DNA of 23,196 nt from Candidatus Heimdallarchaeota archaeon (lineage in GTDB: Archaea > Asgardarchaeota > Heimdallarchaeia > Hodarchaeales > Hodarchaeaceae). The notes below the pieces were generated by a model. It was given only the letters and a program-made list of their open reading frames with translations, searched no databases and was not told the DNA's origin. Positions 17,240 to 23,196 of this stretch are shown here, piece after piece; position 1 is the first letter of the stretch; the number at the start of each line of letters is the position of its first letter. The translations under genes were made by a program, and so were the position numbers. Where the stretch lies: positions 1 to 23,196 of the forward strand of contig JBHLSH010000049.1 of NCBI GenBank assembly GCA_048881705.1, read 5' to 3'.

Positions 17240-18011
17240 ACTGTTGGCGTAAATCCATTTTTTGTAGACCTTTTTTCCCAATCGGTCTATAGGATAGGAT
17301 TTGCCCATCTAAAACTACACAATAGGTGCCATAAGGATGAGGTACGTTCTGTGCTTCACTAGAACTCGAAATCACACTTACCTCTAATGGTATGTCCTTT
17401 TCCTTCGCATATTCTTCAATTTCATTCATAGATGCATATGTATACGGACATTGATTTGATTTAAAGATCACAAAACCATTTTCTCTATTAGCTTTGCCGA
17501 ATTTATCAAGATTAAACCTTGGTAGTGCCGAATTTTCGCTGAAACGATAAACATATAGTTCTATATCGCTAAAAACAGATTCCACTTTCTCAAATCCACT
17601 TTTTTCGAAAATTTTTCTGCCGGGAAGCCACGTCCCTTCTGAAGTTACCACAGCAACACCATTCATATCTTTGGCATCATTTAAACACTCTTTGATTAGT
17701 TTTCTACCATAACCTTTTCCTTTATTGCGACCCACAACCCATAGGCAATGGATGACCATATATCCCGCTGCGTCAATTGCTCGCCATGAATATTCTCCTG
17801 GAACGTATTCAATAAAACCTCTTGAAGTAAGGCCCTTCCTTTCTCGTACTAGGAGCAATTTAATTCGCAAACCCGCCTTGTATTGCTCTTTAAACCATTC
17901 AAGTTTTCTCAGATACCCCAAGGACTTTTTCTTTGATTTATAACACAAAAGATCATAGTTTTCGACATTCTGGTCTGTAATATTGACAATCTTGTAATCG
18001 GCCACGCTCAA
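17223..18011 (-). CDS. GNAT-family N-acetyltransferase with C-terminal YoaP-like domain
   Basis: GFIEYVPGEYSWR, VIHCLWV-x4-KGKGYGRKL (acetyl-CoA motif A), SNQCPYT and AQNVPHPYGTYCVVLDG. Confidence 0.9.
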   Translation of the reverse strand: MSVADYKIVNITDQNVENYDLLCYKSKKKSLGYLRKLEWFKEQYKAGLRIKLLLVRERKGLTSRGFIEYVPGEYSWRAIDAAGYMVIHCLWVVGRNKGKGYGRKLIKECLNDAKDMNGVAVVTSEGTWLPGRKIFEKSGFEKVESVFSDIELYVYRFSENSALPRFNLDKFGKANRENGFVIFKSNQCPYTYASMNEIEEYAKEKDIPLEVSVISSSSEAQNVPHPYGTYCVVLDGQILSYRPIGKKGLQKMDLRQQSTPWD

Positions 18012-18104
18012 AACGCATTACTCCAAAAATCTACATAGACAGCCTTCTTCTTGGATTTCTGTCCTGATCAAATGCTCATGGTTTAAACGCTATGTCATAA
18101 TTTC

Positions 18105-20327
18105 TTAAAGAAATTGATCCAATTTCTGTCTTTTTTCGTCTAGCTCGGTGGGGATTAAACTTTCATAGGTGCGTTTCAGAAGCTTTTGGTACTCTTGCAC
18201 ATCGTATTGCTCGGTGCCTTTGAGAAGTTGGACAGGACGGACACGTTCCATAGAATTCTGGGCCTGCGCATCGAGAATGACATAACGGAGTTTCATCCCT
18301 GCCTCTACTTTGACATCCGAACGAGCCAATTGGAGTGCAGCGATTGCAGTTCGAGTATTGCTGACATATTCGTCTGGTGATCGAGAAGGGCGAATAGAAA
18401 TGGTGAGATCTTCCAGAGGAATGTCCCCTGATCCTAACCGATCCAGATAATCTTGGAGGATTTGTTTGGCACGCCTAAGCTGGGTTCGGAATTGGGCACG
18501 TGTCCGTACCTTGCTCAGCAGATGCAGGATTTCCTCTTGCATTTTTTTGCAGATCAATGGACTTGAGGACTGGCGAATCTCAATACCCCGCACCTTGAAT
18601 GTTCCGTCACTTCGTAAGCCATAGTATCGGTTTAACACACCAATAGTTGGTTCATGACGACGAGGAAGGAACACGATCCAGTGGTAGTCGGCTGCATGCT
18701 CAATAGGAAGATCAACCACTTCCTCGATTCGGTGAAGCATGTGGTCGATTGTTGCTTCATCCAGACGTTCTTTATCAGGTCGTTGCACCCAAATTGAGTC
18801 TACAATCCCCGCAAGTACTCGAAGGCCGAAATCAGCTGCTATGTGCTGGGTTTGGGTTAAGGCAGCACGACTAAATGCCGAAATCGCTTCGTGAGCCTCG
18901 ATACGCCCAAATCGGGCGTTTCTGTAGCCTGTATAACCGAAAGAACATACTAGAAGCCATTTTAATACTTGTTGTCGCCGCTCATAGTGTTGCTGATGCC
19001 GATGCTTCTTGAAGTAAGCCCGTCGATTCAAGATGTTTCTGAGGGATAGATTGATGAGTCCCGGTCGTTCTACACACACATGGTGATGTGTGAGGGGGAC
19101 CGGACGCTTGCCTGGACAACAGGTACAGTTCACAGTTTCAGGGGACACATTCCGGTAGACCATGATGTTGGGGTACATAGAAAGAAAATCAAACTCGGTC
19201 ACGTTCCGATGCCAACCCACCCGAGGACTGAAGACTAGGCCCCCAACATCAGTCGTCATTGTCCAAGCAGGGCGGAATGCTTCTGCATCCGCTTTTCTCA
19301 TCGGAATAAGGATTTTGTACAGATAAGCGGTGCGCATTTGAACCGCAGACAGGGTGGTACCGATAGTGCCCCGAGCGATGCGCTGGGGATCGCTACAACC
19401 GAGGCGGACGAGTTCATGGATGCCTTCGATGTTGCCATCGCCCCACATAAACGAGTTTCCGACATCATAGTGGTGGCGGCCGCCATCTGTGTAGACACCA
19501 TGTTCTGAATAGTAGACGCGTCCGTAGGACACGAAAGTATGGCCCCGTGGCAAGGTGGGGCGCTTTGTGTAGTTGACCAGGGATCGAGGGCCACGCCCCA
19601 GGCGCAGGTGACCAAGTCCGTTCATACTCGCCCTTTGTCCCATAAGAGGAAGGAAAGTATCTCCCCCCTTGGTAAACAGGATGTCAGGGTCAACTTGCTG
19701 AACATATTGACAGAAATTTTGAAGGATTTCCTCTTCTGAACCCTGGAACACCACTACTTTTTCGGCTTCATCAACAACAGAACGACAGCTGCGAATCTCC
19801 GTGATCTTACCTCGGTGAAACTGGGGTTCTTCAAAGGTCGGATGAAACCAGAGGGGGGAAAACGGTACAGAACGATAGTCCATCTGTTCGTAGGTTTCAA
19901 GGAGCTGCCAGTTGTTTTTCAGCTTCCCCTGTTCTACTTCGATTTCTGCGTATACATACGGAAATAATTCGGTTTGAAAGCAGAATTGTTGATAGAGACT
20001 TAAGTCGGCATTAAATAGAAAGGGATCCCAATGTTGTCGCAGATCGTGATAGGTCTGCTGGAGTTTCTTCGGGTTGACTCGGATCTGGAGGACATCGGCC
20101 ATCTGCCAGTCGTGGATTGACTGATATCGCGACACGACTTGGGCATCCGCGACGTGTGGATGGGAGAGTACCTGCGCAATGGTGTCACGATCGGTTTTGG
20201 TCATATAGAATTCAGCGGTCAGAGGATAGAATGTGTAGATTGGAGCTTCCTCGGTCAACCAAACCATGTTGACTCCCCAATCGGCTGCTGTAATGTCATG
20301 GAGCCAGGCTGTGTATTTGGGGGACAT
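18105..20327 (-). CDS. polB2: Family B DNA polymerase, archaeal PolB2 group
   Basis: Motif A DFLSMYPNIM, motif B RQQVLKWLLVCSFGYTGY, motif C variant AGIVDSIWV (YGDTDS altered as is typical of PolB2), NRYYG and KVRGIE. No recognisable ExoI acidic pair. Confidence 0.9.
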   Translation of the reverse strand: MSPKYTAWLHDITAADWGVNMVWLTEEAPIYTFYPLTAEFYMTKTDRDTIAQVLSHPHVADAQVVSRYQSIHDWQMADVLQIRVNPKKLQQTYHDLRQHWDPFLFNADLSLYQQFCFQTELFPYVYAEIEVEQGKLKNNWQLLETYEQMDYRSVPFSPLWFHPTFEEPQFHRGKITEIRSCRSVVDEAEKVVVFQGSEEEILQNFCQYVQQVDPDILFTKGGDTFLPLMGQRASMNGLGHLRLGRGPRSLVNYTKRPTLPRGHTFVSYGRVYYSEHGVYTDGGRHHYDVGNSFMWGDGNIEGIHELVRLGCSDPQRIARGTIGTTLSAVQMRTAYLYKILIPMRKADAEAFRPAWTMTTDVGGLVFSPRVGWHRNVTEFDFLSMYPNIMVYRNVSPETVNCTCCPGKRPVPLTHHHVCVERPGLINLSLRNILNRRAYFKKHRHQQHYERRQQVLKWLLVCSFGYTGYRNARFGRIEAHEAISAFSRAALTQTQHIAADFGLRVLAGIVDSIWVQRPDKERLDEATIDHMLHRIEEVVDLPIEHAADYHWIVFLPRRHEPTIGVLNRYYGLRSDGTFKVRGIEIRQSSSPLICKKMQEEILHLLSKVRTRAQFRTQLRRAKQILQDYLDRLGSGDIPLEDLTISIRPSRSPDEYVSNTRTAIAALQLARSDVKVEAGMKLRYVILDAQAQNSMERVRPVQLLKGTEQYDVQEYQKLLKRTYESLIPTELDEKRQKLDQFL

Positions 20328-20345
20328 TTTCTTATATTACGCCAT

Positions 20346-20627
20346 CTAGGGATTGGAAGACGAACCAGATCCCCCCTCCAATTGTTTCACTTTCTGTTTC
20401 AAGCGCTGGATTTCGGATTGCTGGCTGACTAACATCGACATGACCACATTGTCGTAAACAAGAGGCCGAGTGTTACCGGAGGCCGCATCGGCTAATTGAA
20501 AGGCCTTTTCCCATAATTGAGTAAAACTCGTCTTGTCGATGCCGCGCAGACGACTAGCAAAGTGCCGCTCCCACTCAAAACGTTCTTTTTCGAGCATGCG
20601 TCGAAATGACGGGAGAGTACGTCCCAT
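20346..20627 (-). CDS. Small alpha-helical PolB2-associated protein
   Basis: MGRTLPSFR...FASRLR...F..LWEKA...DAAS..TRP...VVMSMLVSQQ plus a coiled-coil tail; sits between the RadA-like gene and polB2 (gaps of 6 and 18 nt). Confidence 0.85.
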   Translation of the reverse strand: MGRTLPSFRRMLEKERFEWERHFASRLRGIDKTSFTQLWEKAFQLADAASGNTRPLVYDNVVMSMLVSQQSEIQRLKQKVKQLEGGSGSSSNP

Positions 20628-20633
20628 GTGTAT

Positions 20634-21470
20634 TCAGTCCTTTATTTCTGGATCAAGGAATCGGGTTAAAGCAATGCGATGATCCATTCGTAGGGGTTGA
20701 GCCTTAATCTGACCCACTGTCTCAGGGTGAGCAGGGTCTTGCTGGAGGAAGAAACGATAGCTTGTCGCCTGTTTACCTCTAACGGGATCAGGAGAGACAC
20801 GTACTACGGTAGTAGCGGCGTGAGCAATAAATGTTCCTCCCAAGGCCTTATTTCGGGAATGAGGGGCGGGTTCAGCGGTTGTGATGACAGCCAGATCATA
20901 TTGGAGTGCCAATGACTTTAATTTTCCTACTGTAGTCTTGAGTTCGGCCAATGAGGCGATTGCGGGTTGCTTCGCATAGGCGAGATACTGTGCAGCCTCT
21001 TCGGAGAGATATTGGGAAGAAATTTGCGGAACAAAGATTAATCGGATTGTCGGCCGTTCGTGTATCAGTTGGGGAAGGTTTTTTGTTACAATCTCGGTGA
21101 TTTGATGGTAATTAAACGCCCGTGCCAATTGAATACGATCCAGTGATTGCAACGGGTCATGCCCCAGTTTCCTGACCTCTAATGACACATCATGATATGG
21201 AAATATGTTCGCTCCATCTACAAAGGCAATATCTACTGTGGGATTACTAGATAATAAGGACACAGTCATCTGAGTGATGAATTTGCGCAAACTTCCTCGT
21301 GACCACTCTCCATAAAAGAGTACCAGGCTCCCAGGTCGGAGCGCCCCTACCAACAGTTCATCTAGCTGAGTAATCCCGAAACGAAGGCAATCTTGAAGTT
21401 GAGCGTACCGCGCATCGGCAGAAATAAAGCTATTTGTGGAGTATCCACTGAAAGTGTCATGGCCTCGCAT
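20634..21470 (-). CDS. Inactive RadA/RecA-superfamily protein
   Basis: FGITQLDELLVGALRPGSLVLFYG, FVDGAN, LDRIQLARAFNYHQ and GGTFIAHAATTVV. Walker A is replaced by GEWSRGSL and the Walker B Asp by Pro (LIFVPQIS). Confidence 0.85.
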   Translation of the reverse strand: MRGHDTFSGYSTNSFISADARYAQLQDCLRFGITQLDELLVGALRPGSLVLFYGEWSRGSLRKFITQMTVSLLSSNPTVDIAFVDGANIFPYHDVSLEVRKLGHDPLQSLDRIQLARAFNYHQITEIVTKNLPQLIHERPTIRLIFVPQISSQYLSEEAAQYLAYAKQPAIASLAELKTTVGKLKSLALQYDLAVITTAEPAPHSRNKALGGTFIAHAATTVVRVSPDPVRGKQATSYRFFLQQDPAHPETVGQIKAQPLRMDHRIALTRFLDPEIKD

Positions 21471-21569
21471 TCTTTGCCGAGTAGAGTTGGAAGGAGGGGG
21501 GAGTAATAAAGATGTACAAGAGAGAGGTCAGCAAAGATGACTGAAAATGAGAAGATGACGTTACTGTTG

Positions 21570-21640
21570 AAGTTACGAATGTTTGAGAAAAAGTTATGAA
21601 AGTTTGAGAAACGGAGTGAAAGTTACAAAAGATTGAGACA
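21570..21640 (+). repeat. Three imperfect 21-bp direct repeats
   Basis: AAGTTACGAATGTTTGAGAAA (21570-21590), AAGTTATGAAAGTTTGAGAAA (21591-21611), AAGTTACAAAAGATTGAGACA (21620-21640). Confidence 0.85.
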
Positions 21641-21681
21641 TTCTAAATTTCACTTCTGAATCAGATGATTGATCTTTCTTG

Positions 21682-21972
21682 TCAAGACATAAGGGGATAC
21701 TTTTGTTGACACTTTCTTATATGACCTTTATATGAATCTTTGTATAGAAATCTTGATCTGCTACAATAAGGACAGATCGGTTTGTTTTTACAAACCCAGA
21801 GATGATTTATGAAACTCTTTCTACAATTGAAACCCGATTTACCACATTCTGGGCAAATCGGGTTATTTTCACACGCCCATACATGGCTTGAGAAACTAAT
21901 CTTACTCGAGTAACCACTTTCCCCGCAATAAGGACAGAAACGATTTTGAACATTCTCTAAATGAAATGAGCT
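21682..21972 (-). pseudogene. Start-less 96-codon frame encoding three tandem C-x2-C-x13-H-x3-C zinc fingers; probable +1 continuation of the TnsA-like gene
   Basis: Manual translation: SSFHLENVQNRF-CPYCGESGYSSKISFSSHVWAC-ENNPI-CPECGKSGFNCRKSFINHLWVC-KNKPI-CPYCSRSRFLYKDSYKGHIRKC-QQKYPLMS*. Bounded by TGA at 21975-21973 and TGA at 21684-21682, with no ATG/GTG/TTG before the fingers. Confidence 0.8.
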
Positions 21973-22459
21973 TCAAGAGGGTGTTGAGATGTTCGGGAAG
22001 GGGTTTGGTTTTGGAAGATCCAAGAGTAAACCAAATATTTGCTAACCGAGGCGTTCGGATGTGTTTTCTGGCGCCAATCTTGAAATAAACGCCGTTTCTC
22101 TCCGAGAACATTCGGGCAGCCGTCCATCGCTCTTCGAACTGCCTCCTCTTGGTGTTAAAGGTATCCTCATCTTTAATTTCGACGAGCACACGTTTCCCAT
22201 TGTGAAATTCGACCAAAACGTTAGGAACATAATATTTTTTCTTGCCATGATTGTCTTCGAAGGTAATCCGTACGGGTTGATGTTGAAACCTTATTACTGA
22301 GGGATCATGGTCTAGTAGAAGAAAAAAATCCCTTTCTAGTTGTGATTCATACTCAGCTACTCCCCTTTGTACCTTAGCAGATGAGAAGAAACCCCAGTTT
22401 CCTTGACTTTTGGGAGAAATGGACCGAACAGCTGAAACATCTTCCGACAATATTTTCAT
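21902..22459 (-). CDS. TnsA-like PD-(D/E)XK endonuclease N-terminal domain, solo, with the catalytic Asp apparently changed to Asn
   Basis: GFFSSAK, YESQLERDFFLLLDHDPSV, QPVRI, YVPNVLV (usually YxPDFLV), VEIK, RWTAA and RTPRLANI. TTATAA lies at 22486-22491, 27 nt upstream of the ATG. No tnsB/tnsC in the window. Confidence 0.85.
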   Translation of the reverse strand: MKILSEDVSAVRSISPKSQGNWGFFSSAKVQRGVAEYESQLERDFFLLLDHDPSVIRFQHQPVRITFEDNHGKKKYYVPNVLVEFHNGKRVLVEIKDEDTFNTKRRQFEERWTAARMFSERNGVYFKIGARKHIRTPRLANIWFTLGSSKTKPLPEHLNTLLKLISFRECSKSFLSLLRGKWLLE

Positions 22460-22588
22460 TCTTTAGAAACCATGAGGGAGGTGCCTTATAACTATTAGCA
22501 AACTAGATATTTCTGGATCACTTCTTAAAAAATGATGGCCAGTAATCGTTAGGGAATTCCCTCACATTGTTACACCTAGGTTGAAACT

Positions 22589-22615
22589 AAAAAACCTTTG
22601 AAAGGAGTGTTTCAA
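22589..22615 (-). terminator. Possible terminator of the beta-helix gene
   Basis: The minus strand reads TTGAAA-CACTCC-TTTCAA (6-bp stem) followed by AGGTTTTTT, about 70 nt after the stop at 22687. Confidence 0.35.
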
Positions 22616-22686
22616 TGTTTCGAAGTCTTTCAACATGATACCAGAGGCGACCATCAACTGATCCCACTCAATGGAAAATTCACCAC

Positions 22687-23196
22687 TCATCCTCGCCTTT
22701 GTACCCAGACTGAGATGCTAAGGGCACCTAGAATCGAGACCACCAAAACTAAAGTAATGAGAAGCTGGTCTGGGAGACTGCTAGCGGAGCCTTGCATGGG
22801 TAAAGTCCGAGGAGAGAGATCTTGATTGTTTGCACCTCCATCAATAGGGTAGGGAAGGTCTACTAGCCCATCCCCGTTACTGTCTGGCTCTGTCCACTCA
22901 TTCCAGTAGTTATAAGCAAAGATATTGTTGATGCCATCATCATTGGCTTGGGAGGTGCCATTAGGATTGTTATCAATGAAGTCATTCCGTTCTACTGTAA
23001 CGTTCTCTGCTTTGATCAGAGACACACCATACCCGCTGTTATTGAAGATCTGGTTATTGTGGATTGATAGGTTCGAGCTGTAAGCTGCTAGTACCCCTAT
23101 TGACATATTGGAGAGGCTTTGGTTGGCAACGGTGACCGCGGTGCAATTCACGAGGATGACTTGGCCCACGCCATCTGGAACGACCCCACCCGTTGC
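22687..23196 (-). CDS. Right-handed beta-helix (NosD/CASH-like) surface protein, 5'-truncated by the window edge
   Basis: The frame is open to 23196 (ATGGVVPDGVGQVILVNCT...). It has IHNNQIFNN / VERNDFIDNN repeats, NYWNEW, PDSNGDGLVDLPYPIDG, NQDLSP and a C-terminal TM helix followed by RRG. Confidence 0.88.
   Translation of the reverse strand, partial: ATGGVVPDGVGQVILVNCTAVTVANQSLSNMSIGVLAAYSSNLSIHNNQIFNNSGYGVSLIKAENVTVERNDFIDNNPNGTSQANDDGINNIFAYNYWNEWTEPDSNGDGLVDLPYPIDGGANNQDLSPRTLPMQGSASSLPDQLLITLVLVVSILGALSISVWVQRRG

Noticed and set aside
18105-20327. PolB as a casposon, Polinton or viral replicative polymerase
   Set aside because: It lacks protein-primed insertions and nearby cas1, capsid or terminal repeats; the motif variants and partner genes fit cellular PolB2.
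18093-21640. TGTCATAATTTCTT (18093) and TGTCTCAATCTTTT (minus strand from 21640) as transposon ends bracketing the PolB2 operon
   Set aside because: Only 10 of 14 positions match, the flanks CGCTA and TTCTA are not a target-site duplication, there is no repeat array at the left end, and tnsA would lie outside.
21570-21640. Repeat array as a mini-CRISPR
   Set aside because: The units are 21 bp and separated by 0 and 8 nt, with no spacers of CRISPR length and no cas genes.
22551-22562. Perfect 12-bp palindrome AGGGAATTCCCT upstream of tnsA
   Set aside because: A single occurrence; one such palindrome is not unexpected in 23 kb.
21513-22574. TGTACA (21513) and TGTAACA (minus strand from 22574) as ends of a tnsA mini-element
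   Set aside because: Weak similarity and no flanking duplication (AAAGA versus CCTAG).
1323-22825. About 25 short track ORFs overlapping longer genes (e.g. 1323-1562, 2054-2284, 3915-4145, 8402-8617, 9798-10031, 12329-12583, 19298-19615, 20139-20432, 22061-22300, 22598-22825)
   Set aside because: They are antisense or alternate-frame shadows of well-supported genes, with no motifs or ribosome-binding sites.

Overview
Archaeal chromosomal window, most likely an Asgard archaeon (Heimdallarchaeia/Hodarchaeales-like). This assignment is inferred from a stand-alone longin protein, a tandem longin-like protein, an archaeal-type HisRS, a PolB2 cassette, GGAGGTG/GGTGAGG ribosome-binding sites and an archaeosortase-like C-terminal tail. 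From left to right the window holds: a partial DYAGxxPP-family gene that the ORF track misses; divergent hmgA and hppD (O2-dependent tyrosine catabolism); a minus-strand run of a degenerate histidine kinase, a longin, a 96-aa hypothetical and a 44-aa secreted-peptide precursor, divergent from a 492-aa double Lrp/AsnC-type regulator and a luciferase-like TIM-barrel protein; a membrane-anchored DUF362 protein; a glgA-hisS-Zn-ribbon operon; a dual-specificity phosphatase; a tandem longin-like protein; DUF547; a CruF-like membrane protein; a GNAT/YoaP protein; a higher-GC inactive RadA / small accessory protein / PolB2 operon; three 21-bp direct repeats; a solo TnsA-like nuclease whose +1 frame continues into three C2HC zinc fingers missing from the ORF track; and the 3' part of a beta-helix surface protein. 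No rRNA, tRNA or CRISPR array was seen. The two strongest leads are the TnsA-nuclease/triple-zinc-finger locus beside the repeat array and PolB2 promoter, and the signal-peptide-plus-12-mer micro-gene facing a double-HTH regulator (candidate archaeal peptide signalling). All family assignments come from motif recognition by eye; no database searches were run.
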